A DNA stretch of 61,728 bases from an uncultured Alphaproteobacteria bacterium (GTDB lineage: Bacteria; Pseudomonadota; Alphaproteobacteria; HIMB59): assembly GCA_902527525.1 (NCBI GenBank), contig CABZOW010000001.1, forward strand, positions 1 through 61,728. The letters run 5' to 3'. Position 1 is the stretch's first letter, and every line of letters begins with the position of its first letter. The notes beneath the pieces were generated by a model, which was not told the DNA's origin, did no database searches, and saw only the letters and a program-made list of their open reading frames with translations. Below are positions 21,778 to 31,459 of the stretch, piece by piece. Made by a program: the position numbers and the translations under genes.

Positions 21778-22920
21778 TTATTCAATAATTTTATAAAAAA
21801 ATAGCCCATCAAGAGGCTTTGGTTCAAACCAAGTAGCTTTGGGTGGCATAAATTTCAAATTTTTTGAATAATCTATAACTAAATCCATACTAACTGGTCT
21901 CATCAATGTTGATAGATCTGTTATACCTGTATCAACTTGATTAATCAAATAATCAGTCCCTAGTGTGGGTGGGACGAATTCTACCCTTTCATCATTCGTC
22001 TCATCGTAAATATTTAATATTTCTTTTAGGACAAACTCTCCAAAATCAATGCAATCTGCACCATTTGTAGAATAGTCATCTTTCAAATCGATTTTAAAAA
22101 ATTTACCTTCGAAGTAGATTACAAAAAAACGATCTATCTTCTCATGATAATTTAGCTCCTTGATATGAAAAAATTTTTTTAAATCAGTCAAAAACGAATC
22201 TTTTTTATAATCTTTAGGAAACTTAATGCTTCTATTATAAGACAAGTTTAAGCACTTAGATTTTGGGAAAACTATTGATAAAAACTTGGTATCTTTATCA
22301 ACATCTAATTGTGCAAAACCTTCAATCCTATGATGACCATCTGCAACAAAAAGTTCCTTAAAATTTATTCCACTAAAATCAGTGTTAGTTTTATATATAG
22401 AGTGAGTATACTTACCTGATTTAAATTTTATAATTGGTTTTTTATCATGGTGAATATCAAGGTTTAAATCAATATTTTCATCGTCATAAAAAAGATAAAT
22501 AGGACTTAATTGGAATTTAACCTTAGATAATTGATCAGCTCTTTCTTTTCCTTTACTAACTAAAATCTTTTCGTGAGGCTTAATATTTCTATTAATATAA
22601 TCTTGTATATTTAATAATGAAATTAACCCCGTCTGAGAATGATTTTCTGAGTCAATCCTATATAAAAAATATACTTTTTCTGATTTGTAAATAATTTCTT
22701 CATCAATAAGTTTTTGATAGTATTTCTTTGATAGGTCAAAAAATTCTTCATCAGAAAGATTTTTGTTAAAATAAATATCAGGTCTTAATATTTGTAAAAG
22801 ATTAAGTTTATGTACTTGTTCAGAGGTAAAATTGTAATCAATTATATCTGTACTTGGAGATATAATAGATTGTAGATATTTATTGTTTAGTACATAAGTA
22901 TTTGGTAATAATGGCTTCAT
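21778..22920 (-). CDS. DUF1015 family protein (ParB/Srx-like fold)
   Basis: IKPHE, ADGHHR and MPPKATWFEPK..DG, characteristic of DUF1015. Confidence 0.85.
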   Translation of the reverse strand: MKPLLPNTYVLNNKYLQSIISPSTDIIDYNFTSEQVHKLNLLQILRPDIYFNKNLSDEEFFDLSKKYYQKLIDEEIIYKSEKVYFLYRIDSENHSQTGLISLLNIQDYINRNIKPHEKILVSKGKERADQLSKVKFQLSPIYLFYDDENIDLNLDIHHDKKPIIKFKSGKYTHSIYKTNTDFSGINFKELFVADGHHRIEGFAQLDVDKDTKFLSIVFPKSKCLNLSYNRSIKFPKDYKKDSFLTDLKKFFHIKELNYHEKIDRFFVIYFEGKFFKIDLKDDYSTNGADCIDFGEFVLKEILNIYDETNDERVEFVPPTLGTDYLINQVDTGITDLSTLMRPVSMDLVIDYSKNLKFMPPKATWFEPKPLDGLFFYKIIE

Positions 22921-22922
22921 TT

Positions 22923-23012
22923 ATGAATAAGAAAAAAATACCTTACTATTTTGCTTTAATGATTGCGTTGATATTCATTTTTTATGGAATATTTTCAGTT
23001 TTAATACACTAA
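22923..23012 (+). CDS. Putative 29-aa single-pass membrane microprotein
   Basis: MNKKKIPYYFALMIALIFIFYGIFSVLIH: basic N-terminus plus hydrophobic helix. Fills the intergenic gap almost exactly. Confidence 0.4.
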   Translation: MNKKKIPYYFALMIALIFIFYGIFSVLIH

Positions 23013-23311
23013 TCTTCTTGATTTGTTGAATTAGGGAGGCTCTTCTCTTCATACCAAATTGATTTATCAGGAATGTTTCCATCCCATAAATAACTTTCAT
23101 AATCAAATTTAGGCATGCCCTTATCAGACCTTTCATAATAAAGTCCAAACTCTCTACAGTACTCTGATAGCTGGTCAGCTTCGATTTCTAATATATTTAA
23201 TTTTTCCCATTTTTTTGATGATGCTACCCATTTAAAGCCTTTTGATTTAAGCCAATCTTTGTGGTAGTAAGTCTCAGAACCAGATACTGAGAATGTAATA
23301 TTTTCACTCAT
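23009..23311 (-). CDS. Hypothetical protein with KDxLKxxGFKW...KKW (DUF5710-like) motif
   Basis: ATG at 23311 overlaps the upstream stop and is preferred to the 23368 track start. 100 aa, Trp-rich. Confidence 0.6.
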   Translation of the reverse strand: MSENITFSVSGSETYYHKDWLKSKGFKWVASSKKWEKLNILEIEADQLSEYCREFGLYYERSDKGMPKFDYESYLWDGNIPDKSIWYEEKSLPNSTNQED

Positions 23312-24134
23312 AAAGAACCTCTTTGAATAATTTGTACGGATAATATGTAAAAATAGATAAGTTTTCAAAAGAATTCTTTGAATTTACAAAAGAATTTAGA
23401 TCTTCAGAGTTATAAAGAGTTTTAATTGTATCAAATAACCCCTCTTTTGATTTAATTGCTAAGTCAGTATTAAAAACATTGCTTTTTAAGATAATTTTTA
23501 TTTTTAATTGTTCATTTATTTCAATCTCACATTTTAAACTGTTTATTTTGTTTGTTATTTTATCGATACTTTTATCTTTAATAAAAATTGTAATTTTTTC
23601 ATTACGATACCTATAAATTAAATAAAAGAGATCTGGGCAAAGATCAAACAAAACATCTTTAGTATCTAAACTATTTTTAAAATCATTAGAATACTGGAAA
23701 TTTTTTACATAAGTAATTACATTTTGATTGCTAGAATCTTCATAAAGCTTTTTGAAATTAAATTCATTTATTAAAAAAAGATTATTTATTAATTTAGACT
23801 TGACTAATTCATTGAAATGCTCCAATTCATTTGAACTACTAATAATTGGGTAATCAGTTATAACTTTGATATTATTTTTCAAACAAAGATAAATATACTC
23901 GAACTTAATACCCGAAGGTAAAAAATTTAAAATAAAATCTACTTCTTCGTCGTAAATTAGATCTTCATACGAACCATAATATTTATTAAAATTGTTAGAC
24001 TTACAAAATGCTTGAGCGGCCTCAGTGTTTCTTGAACTATTTGCATAAAGGTTAAGCATGTTAGATAGTTTATTTTTTTTTATAAAGTCAATTGATTTTT
24101 GATCTGAACTTAGTATAGCTAAATTGCTTTTCAT
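23304..24134 (-). CDS. Degenerate Gfo/Idh/MocA-family oxidoreductase-like protein
   Basis: SSRN...A.AF....YGSYEDLI.D.EVD....LP is the N-terminal pattern, but the Gly-rich loop and EKP motif are missing. Confidence 0.55.
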   Translation of the reverse strand: MKSNLAILSSDQKSIDFIKKNKLSNMLNLYANSSRNTEAAQAFCKSNNFNKYYGSYEDLIYDEEVDFILNFLPSGIKFEYIYLCLKNNIKVITDYPIISSSNELEHFNELVKSKLINNLFLINEFNFKKLYEDSSNQNVITYVKNFQYSNDFKNSLDTKDVLFDLCPDLFYLIYRYRNEKITIFIKDKSIDKITNKINSLKCEIEINEQLKIKIILKSNVFNTDLAIKSKEGLFDTIKTLYNSEDLNSFVNSKNSFENLSIFTYYPYKLFKEVLYE

Positions 24135-24157
24135 TTATTTTTTATTATAATCCTTGG

Positions 24158-24583
24158 ATGAAACAGGTTTTTTTAAGCTATCACGATATACACACAGATT
24201 GTATAAAATTAGCAAAACTAATAAAAAAAAAATATAAACCCCAAAAACTTATTTTGATTTCTAGAGGTGGACTTATACCGGGCTCTATAATAGCTAATTA
24301 TTTAGGTATACAGGATATTGATGTAATTGCTCTTAAAACCTATGCAGATAGAAAAAAAAATCCAGATATAAAAATTTTTAAAAGAATAAAATCAGAAAAA
24401 AAATTAGTTGTTATTGACGACTTAGTAGATAGCGGCGATACAGCTAAAATAGTAAAGGAAATGATGCCTAATTCAAAGTTTGTAGTATTATATGCAAAAA
24501 CCTCGGGAAAAAAGCAAGCCGATCTTCATCTGTATAATTTTAGGGATAAAGACTGGCTTGTTTTTCCTTGGGAACAGGATTAA
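24158..24583 (+). CDS. gpt: Xanthine/guanine phosphoribosyltransferase
   Basis: SRGGLIP, PRPP motif VIDDLVDSGDT and W.VFPWE. Confidence 0.88.
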   Translation: MKQVFLSYHDIHTDCIKLAKLIKKKYKPQKLILISRGGLIPGSIIANYLGIQDIDVIALKTYADRKKNPDIKIFKRIKSEKKLVVIDDLVDSGDTAKIVKEMMPNSKFVVLYAKTSGKKQADLHLYNFRDKDWLVFPWEQD

Positions 24584-24602
24584 TTAAATATTTCTTTTGA
24601 AC

Positions 24603-25673
24603 TTATTGAGGTACCTCTCCGTCTATACCCTGAACATAGAACATCATTCCAGCGAGCATCCCATCATCAGCAACTTCGCCTTCTTTAACAACTAATTCTC
24701 CGGCTTGGTTGTATATTGGGCCTTCAAATGAATGAAGAGTTCCATTCTCAATAGCAGTCTCCATATTTTTTGCTTCTAAAATTAAATCTAAAGGTAAAAG
24801 TTTAGTGTTATATGGTGACATTTCTACCATGCCATCCTTAAAACCTTGCCATGTGTCCTCTGAACCCCAAGTACCATCTACAACAGCTTGAGCCTTTGCA
24901 GCATAATAAGGACCCCAAATATCTTCAATTGAAGTCATGTGGGCATTTGGACAGAATGCTTCTTGATTTGAAGCTTGACCGAAAGCAAGCACTCCAGCCT
25001 TTTCAGCAGCTTGGCAAGGAGCGTACGAGTCAGTATGTTGAACAATTATATCTGCTCCCTGATTGATTAATGTATTGGCAGCATCTGCTTCCTTTCCTGG
25101 ATCATACCAGGAGTAATTCCATATAATTTTAATTTTAACGTCTGGATTTACTTTTGCAGCAGCTAGGTAAAAGGCATTAATACCTCTTATTACTTCTGGT
25201 ATAGGAAATGACACTATGTAACCTATTGTATTTGTCTTTGTCATTTTACCTGCGATATGACCAATAATAGTTCTACCCTCATAAAATCTTGCAGAATATG
25301 TTGAGACATTATCCATTCTCTTAAACCCTGTAGCATGCTCAAATTTTACGTCTGGAAATTCTTTAGCTACCTCAAGAGTTTGGTCCATGTAGTTAAATGA
25401 TGTAGTAAAAATCAAGTCATGACCAGAAGCAGCTAGCTTTCTAATAGCTCTTACAGCATCAGCATTTTCTGGAACATTTTCTATATAAGTTGTTGAAATA
25501 GAGTCTCCTAGAGCATTTTCCATATAAATTCTGCCTTGATCATGCATATAAGTCCATCCATGATCTCCTGGAGGGCCTATGTATATAAAACCAATTTTCT
25601 TTTGATCAGCGTGAAGAGCAGATACAAAAATTATGGTAAAAAATGAGAGAGTCGTTAGTATTTTTCTTATCAT
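24603..25673 (-). CDS. BMP family ABC substrate-binding protein (purine/nucleoside)
   Basis: GFIYIGP.GDHGWTY.H, FTTSF.YM, RFYEGR, FPIPEV and W.DPGKE. Confidence 0.9.
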   Translation of the reverse strand: MIRKILTTLSFFTIIFVSALHADQKKIGFIYIGPPGDHGWTYMHDQGRIYMENALGDSISTTYIENVPENADAVRAIRKLAASGHDLIFTTSFNYMDQTLEVAKEFPDVKFEHATGFKRMDNVSTYSARFYEGRTIIGHIAGKMTKTNTIGYIVSFPIPEVIRGINAFYLAAAKVNPDVKIKIIWNYSWYDPGKEADAANTLINQGADIIVQHTDSYAPCQAAEKAGVLAFGQASNQEAFCPNAHMTSIEDIWGPYYAAKAQAVVDGTWGSEDTWQGFKDGMVEMSPYNTKLLPLDLILEAKNMETAIENGTLHSFEGPIYNQAGELVVKEGEVADDGMLAGMMFYVQGIDGEVPQ

Positions 25674-25824
25674 ATTTAAAATCCTATCTTTTTAAAATTT
25701 AATGATTTTATTATAAAACTATTTTCAGTAATAAATAATGAATCTAGTTAATAATAAATATGTAATAAATTTATAACAAAAAAGAAATAGATGCCCTTAA
25801 TATGAAAAAAAATTAGTGGATAAC

Positions 25825-26694
25825 CTATTGATCTTTTTCAAAAGGTATATTTAAAGAAGCTGGGGCACTCAACCTAAGTCTTAATTTATTGGATGAGATA
25901 AAAACTAATACTATAATTGTAGCTAAATATGGCATCATATTAAAAAATTGTCCCGGTAATTTGACACCAATAGCTTGAAGGTTCATTTGCATTATAGCTA
26001 CTCCACCAAAAATATAGGCACCAACTAAAAGCCTCCAGGGTTTCCAGGTAGCAAAAACTACTAGCGCTAAAGCTATCCATCCCCTTCCAGCTGTCATTCC
26101 CTCTTGCCACATAGGTGCGTAACAAATAGAAATATAGAAGCCTGCAAGAGAGCTCATTACTCCTCCAAATATTATAGTCATGTATCTAGTTTTTATTACG
26201 TTATAACCAAGAGCATAAGCAGAATTATGGTCTTCTCCAACCGCTCTGACAATCAGACCCGATTTTGTATTAGATAAAAAATAACTCACCATAAATACCA
26301 ATAAGAAAGAAATAACTATAAAATAATATGGGTTTAATCCTTCAATAGGAGTTCCACTAAATTTTTTTCCAAGCATTGCACTTAAACCGATACCAAAAAT
26401 TGTTAAGGCTAGACCAGTTGCTATTTGATTAGTAATCAAATTTAGAACTAGAAAGGCAAACATACCTGAAAGAATAACTCCAGAAATAATAGAAAAAAAT
26501 AAAGAATAAAAATAATTACCCGTTAAAACTAAAGTTATAAAACCTGTAACAGCACCTACTAACATTAAGCCTTCAAGTCCGAGATTAAGAACTCCACTTT
26601 TTTCAGTGACTAATTCTCCAATACCAGCAAATACTAGAGGTGTAGTTGATATTAAAACTATATTCAAAATACCAATAACAAGATCTATATTCAT
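25825..26694 (-). CDS. Nucleoside/purine ABC transporter permease
   Basis: EKSGVLNLGLEG, RAVGE, AGRGWIALALV, PYLAT and AP.SL..P. Confidence 0.9.
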   Translation of the reverse strand: MNIDLVIGILNIVLISTTPLVFAGIGELVTEKSGVLNLGLEGLMLVGAVTGFITLVLTGNYFYSLFFSIISGVILSGMFAFLVLNLITNQIATGLALTIFGIGLSAMLGKKFSGTPIEGLNPYYFIVISFLLVFMVSYFLSNTKSGLIVRAVGEDHNSAYALGYNVIKTRYMTIIFGGVMSSLAGFYISICYAPMWQEGMTAGRGWIALALVVFATWKPWRLLVGAYIFGGVAIMQMNLQAIGVKLPGQFFNMMPYLATIIVLVFISSNKLRLRLSAPASLNIPFEKDQ

Positions 26695-27752
26695 GATATA
26701 GAAACTTTATATTTGTTAAGAAAGTCTGTGCCTAATAAAAAAAATAAAACTAAGCCCTGAAAAACAAATCCCACGGCTGAGGGTATTTTTAAAAATAGTT
26801 GGGCATCTTCAGCACCCAAATAAGTTAAAGCGATCAATAATGATGATAAAATTATTCCAAGAGGATTTAATCTTCCCAAAAAAGCAACAATAATTGCAGT
26901 AAAACCATAGTTTGGAGAAATATCTCTGTATAACAATCCTATTGGTCCAGAGACTTCAAATAACCCAGCTAATCCTGCACAGGCACCACTAATTATGAAA
27001 GTATAAAAAATTAAATTTTTATATTTAAAACCTGCATATTGAGATGCTTTTGAACTAAAGCCAGAGACTTTTAATTTAAAGCCAAATAAAGTTTTGTTAT
27101 AAACAATATAAGAGATTAAACAAATTATTATAGCAAAATACACACCAATGTGAATTCGAAGACCATCAATTAACACTGGTAGTCTTCCAGCATCTGGGAA
27201 AGGCATTGATTTTGGGAGACCATATCCAGCTGGGTCTTTCCAAGGACCTACAACAAGATAATCGAGTATAAATAGTGCAACATAAGTCAGCATCAAACTA
27301 GTTAAAATCTCATTAGTATTGAATTTTGTTTTTAAAAGAGCTGGTATCGTAGCCCAAAAGGCACCTCCGATAGCTCCAAATAAAATCATCAAAGGAAGTA
27401 AGAGAATACTTGTAGAGTCATTAAATAAGAGACCTATACCTCCTCCAAAGATAGCACCCATAGTTAATTGTCCTTCAGCTCCAATATTGTATATATTATT
27501 TTTAAAGCAATATGATAAACCAAGTGCGATAATAGCTAAGGGAGTAGCTTTAACAAATAATTCTGAGATACCGTAAGAATTTGAAATGGGGCTAATAAAA
27601 AAGATTTTAAAAGACTCGATTGGACTTAAATCTAATATTAAAAAAATAAATGAGCCAAAAAATAGTGTTAGAAAAACTGCTACTATTGGGGATAAATAAA
27701 ATATTAGATTAGAATAATCCTCTCTTAATTTAATGTTAATCAAATAGACCAC
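26691..27752 (-). CDS. Nucleoside/purine ABC transporter permease
   Basis: NIGAEGQ, NEILTSLML and YGFTAIIVAFLGRL.P. Confidence 0.9.
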   Translation of the reverse strand: MVYLINIKLREDYSNLIFYLSPIVAVFLTLFFGSFIFLILDLSPIESFKIFFISPISNSYGISELFVKATPLAIIALGLSYCFKNNIYNIGAEGQLTMGAIFGGGIGLLFNDSTSILLLPLMILFGAIGGAFWATIPALLKTKFNTNEILTSLMLTYVALFILDYLVVGPWKDPAGYGLPKSMPFPDAGRLPVLIDGLRIHIGVYFAIIICLISYIVYNKTLFGFKLKVSGFSSKASQYAGFKYKNLIFYTFIISGACAGLAGLFEVSGPIGLLYRDISPNYGFTAIIVAFLGRLNPLGIILSSLLIALTYLGAEDAQLFLKIPSAVGFVFQGLVLFFLLGTDFLNKYKVSIS

Positions 27753-29238
27753 CCATATACTTTCCTAAAGTAGTAATATCTATGTTCTCAACATTTAAAG
27801 ATTTTGATAATGAACCCTCATATAAAACAGAAATATTATGACAAACTTCAAGAAGTTCATCCAAATCATGGGAAATAATGATTATTGAAACTCCTCTCTG
27901 TGATAATTCTATTAAAGATTTTTTAATAAAAGCCTCAGAACCTGCATCTATACCCCATGTTGGTTGAGATAAGATTAACAATTCAGGATCAGACATGATT
28001 TCTCTTCCAATTATAAATTTTTGAAGATTGCCACCTGACAGCTTACCAGCTTTGACATTAAATGACGGAGTATCAACATTGAAATTTTTGATGACATTAT
28101 TAGCGTAGGAATTAATTCTATCAAAATTAATAAAATCACCTTTTTTAAAATAACTTTTATGATTCATACTTAGTAAAATATTTTCGCTTAAAGACATTTC
28201 AGGAACTGCGCTATGCCCTAACCTCTGTTCAGTCACATAAGAAATAGATAAAGATTTTCTTTGAAATGTAGATAATTTATTGATGTTAATATTTTTAAAA
28301 ATAATATCTCCATTAAATTCAAAATCGTTCTCATTTAGTAAAATTTCCATTAACTCTTTTTGGCCATTACCTGCAACTCCAGCAATACCTAAAATTTGTC
28401 CCTTTTTTAAATTGAAATTAATTTTATTTAAATTAGTTATGAATGGATCTTGAGAATATGAAGATAAATTACTTAAACTTAATACATTCTCTGAGTAATT
28501 AATATTATTTATCTGTTCAGTTTTAGTTACTTTATAACCTAGCATTTTATAACCCAAACTTTCAGGATCTTCATTCTTAGTAGTTAAATTACTTATTACT
28601 TTTCCATTTCTCATAATTGTTACATAATCTGATAAATTAATAATCTCATCTAATTTATGAGATATAAAAATTACTGTTAAACCATCGGCTACTAATTTTT
28701 TAATTATTTTAAATAATTTATTAATCTCCTCTGGAGTTAAGACAGAGGTAGGTTCGTCCATTATTAAAATTTTTGGATTATTTAAAAGAGATCTAACAAT
28801 TTCTACAGATTGTCTTTGACCCACTGAAAGTGAACTTATAGGTGAATTTAGATTTAAATTAAAACCATACTTATTGCATATAGTTTCAGATTTTGATTTT
28901 AGTTTACTTAACGATATTTTTTCACTCATACCTAGTATTAGATTTTCTGCAACTGTCAGTGACTCAAATAAACTAAAATGTTGAAACACCATATTTATAC
29001 CTAAGCTTTGTGCCATAGTTGGTGAATTAATTGTTGCTAAGTCAGAATTCAGTATGATTTGACCATTATCTGGTTTAACGTGACCGTACAAAATTTTTAC
29101 TAAAGTTGACTTACCAGCACCATTTTCACCTAAAATTGCATGTATAGATTGTCTTATAATTTTAAAAGAGACATTATTGTTCGCAACTACTCCTGGATAC
29201 TCTTTATAAATGTTCTGAAATTCGATTATTGGTTGCAT
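27736..29238 (-). CDS. CUT2-type ABC transporter ATP-binding protein (two NBDs)
   Basis: GENGAGKST, MVFQHF, DEPT, GIAGVAGNGQ, LSGGNLQK and QPTWGID. Confidence 0.92.
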   Translation of the reverse strand: MQPIIEFQNIYKEYPGVVANNNVSFKIIRQSIHAILGENGAGKSTLVKILYGHVKPDNGQIILNSDLATINSPTMAQSLGINMVFQHFSLFESLTVAENLILGMSEKISLSKLKSKSETICNKYGFNLNLNSPISSLSVGQRQSVEIVRSLLNNPKILIMDEPTSVLTPEEINKLFKIIKKLVADGLTVIFISHKLDEIINLSDYVTIMRNGKVISNLTTKNEDPESLGYKMLGYKVTKTEQINNINYSENVLSLSNLSSYSQDPFITNLNKINFNLKKGQILGIAGVAGNGQKELMEILLNENDFEFNGDIIFKNININKLSTFQRKSLSISYVTEQRLGHSAVPEMSLSENILLSMNHKSYFKKGDFINFDRINSYANNVIKNFNVDTPSFNVKAGKLSGGNLQKFIIGREIMSDPELLILSQPTWGIDAGSEAFIKKSLIELSQRGVSIIIISHDLDELLEVCHNISVLYEGSLSKSLNVENIDITTLGKYMGGLFD

Positions 29239-29302
29239 AAATATTAATAGATTCTTTTTTTTAAAGATTAAATTGTTTTTTTTTCATTAGGCTAAAATTT
29301 AT

Positions 29303-29890
29303 TTATAGATAAATAGGTTCTGAGTCATAAGAAGACCAAAGATACCAAGTAACAATTGTCGAATAATTCCCCCATTTTTTTGAATTATTTGAAAATTTTT
29401 TTAAATTTATATCATTGTAATATTTCTTATAAGCGTTTATAAAGCCAAGATCACCTAAGGGCATAATATTTGGTAATCCTAAATAAAAAATAGAAAACAT
29501 TTCAGCGGTCCATCTACCTATTCCAAAGATTTGTGTGAGATCTTTATTTACCTTATCAAAAGAATTTTTATCTAATTTAATTTTTGATACTAAATGGTAA
29601 TTCTCTAAAAGAGAAATTAAACACTTTTTTTTATTATTACTTAAAGGTAGCTCTTTTATCTTATTTTTATTATTTCGAAAATTAGTAAAATTTACTGGAC
29701 CAATAATATGCTTAGAATTTTTATAGATTGACATGGCTGCAGAAACAGATATTTGTTGGGAACAAATAGACTTAAATAAAACATCAAATTTATTTTTATT
29801 TGTTTTTAATTGATGCTTTGGATTATAATATTTTTTAAATACCGGATCGCATTTCAGTAAATGGTTGCAACCTTTTTCCCAGTAATTCAT
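29303..29890 (-). CDS. alkA: DNA-3-methyladenine glycosylase II-like (HhH-GPD), short form
   Basis: SQQIS..AA, HhH FGIGRWTAEM, P.GDLG and W.LW. Confidence 0.78.
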   Translation of the reverse strand: MNYWEKGCNHLLKCDPVFKKYYNPKHQLKTNKNKFDVLFKSICSQQISVSAAMSIYKNSKHIIGPVNFTNFRNNKNKIKELPLSNNKKKCLISLLENYHLVSKIKLDKNSFDKVNKDLTQIFGIGRWTAEMFSIFYLGLPNIMPLGDLGFINAYKKYYNDINLKKFSNNSKKWGNYSTIVTWYLWSSYDSEPIYL

Positions 29891-30756
29891 TTATCAATAA
29901 AAGATTTAACTAAACTAGAGGTATCATATTTTTTATATACTGTACTTTGTAATTTTTTATATTTTTCATAAACACTCTTAGTAAGTTTAAGATTTAAGTC
30001 TAATTTTTTTGCGTGTTGTAGAACATATTTTAAGTCTTTTGTCATAAGTTCTGTTGAAAAACCAAAGTCGAATTTATTTATAACTATTGTAGGATACCTA
30101 TTTGTAAATTGCCATGAACTTGCTGCTCCGTTTTTCAATGCATTGAATAATTTATTTTGATTAAGTTTATTCTTACTACTAAATTGAAATGCTTCTGATA
30201 TTGAGTAAAGAATACCACAAATTAAAATTTGGTTTGTAAATTTAGCCAATTGTCCTGATCCAAGTTTTCCCATATATGTGCAATTATTTGAGTAAGCAGA
30301 TATTATTTTTTTTGATTTATTAAAATTAAATTTATCACCACCAACCATTACTGATAGAGAGCCTTTTTTTGCTCCCTCCTCTCCACCAGTTATTGGAGCA
30401 TCAATGAATTTTAATTTTGGTTTGGATAATAATTTAGTAAGTAATTCTATTTGATTTAAAGATATTGTAGAATGTTCAATAATAGCTGTATTTCTCTTAT
30501 AATTATTAGTTTTTATGAATTTCTTATAAAATGAGTTAACAGCGTTGTCATCTTTTAAACAGCTGATTACAAAATCAAATTCAATATTATTAGTAAAATT
30601 ATATTGAATACCAGAAAATTTTTTTTTCCATTTAGTCTCAATGGCACTAGTTCTATTATAAATATATAAATTTATATTTTTTTGTTTAGATAAAAAACCA
30701 GCCATATGGAAGCCCATTTTACCGAGGCCTACAAATAGAACACTATAAGTTGGCAT
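29887..30756 (-). CDS. NAD(P)-dependent beta-hydroxyacid dehydrogenase (MmsB/GlxR family)
   Basis: GLGKMG..MA, YNRT, DAP.TGG, GSGQ.AK..NQ and KDL. Confidence 0.88.
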   Translation of the reverse strand: MPTYSVLFVGLGKMGFHMAGFLSKQKNINLYIYNRTSAIETKWKKKFSGIQYNFTNNIEFDFVISCLKDDNAVNSFYKKFIKTNNYKRNTAIIEHSTISLNQIELLTKLLSKPKLKFIDAPITGGEEGAKKGSLSVMVGGDKFNFNKSKKIISAYSNNCTYMGKLGSGQLAKFTNQILICGILYSISEAFQFSSKNKLNQNKLFNALKNGAASSWQFTNRYPTIVINKFDFGFSTELMTKDLKYVLQHAKKLDLNLKLTKSVYEKYKKLQSTVYKKYDTSSLVKSFIDK

Positions 30757-31459
30757 AGAAAATAATCTTTTTTTCTAACTTGGAATAATCAAATTCCATA
30801 TCAGGTAAGTTAGTGTCAAAATTTAATAACTTTAAAAAACTCATTGCTGGAAATAAGTCCCATATTTTAGATCCATAGACTGTCAAAAAAGATCTTTTAC
30901 CCTCTATGGCCTCAATTACATCATAGCCTATTGATCTTGATCTAATTTTTTCTGTGTAGGAAGTAATAATATCTTTAAAGTAAACTTTAGCATGATCGCC
31001 CAAAAAGCCAATTTGATTAGTATAAATTTGCGGTTTTATTTGCTTATGGTTTTTAAATATTGTCTGATTAAAAGTGTGGTAAAAAATATCAGCTATTGGA
31101 TCATAAATGATTGCAAATTCACACTTAGTATTTTTTATGAAAGATACCATTATTGCTACTTTATTAATTCCATTAATAAAGTTTCTAGTTCCATCTATTG
31201 GGTCAACAGTTAAATATTCATCATCTTTAATTAATTCTGAATTACCTTCTTCGGATATTATATTATTGAAACCTATTTTTTTAAAATATTCAATTAATTC
31301 ATTTTCTATAATAACATCATAACTAGTAACTTTAGAATTATCAATTTTAGTTGATACTTCATCTTCATTTAATTTACCTATCTTAGGAATAATTATATCA
31401 CTTGCTATTTTCTTAAGATATGAGTGTGTATCTAAAAAAAAAATATTATTAATAATCAT
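30743..31459 (-). CDS. Inositol monophosphatase family protein
   Basis: SEE, DPIDGT.NF and WD motifs. Confidence 0.85.
   Translation of the reverse strand: MIINNIFFLDTHSYLKKIASDIIIPKIGKLNEDEVSTKIDNSKVTSYDVIIENELIEYFKKIGFNNIISEEGNSELIKDDEYLTVDPIDGTRNFINGINKVAIMVSFIKNTKCEFAIIYDPIADIFYHTFNQTIFKNHKQIKPQIYTNQIGFLGDHAKVYFKDIITSYTEKIRSRSIGYDVIEAIEGKRSFLTVYGSKIWDLFPAMSFLKLLNFDTNLPDMEFDYSKLEKKIIFYANL

Noticed and set aside
23312-23368. Extended N-terminus of the 23009..23368 ORF (likewise tpiA to 48140)
   Set aside because: The extension overlaps the neighbouring CDS; the downstream ATGs (23311 and 48083) fit better.
25674-25824. Purine riboswitch or sRNA upstream of the BMP binding protein
   Set aside because: No purine-aptamer core or stable stems are visible; the region is almost entirely A/T.
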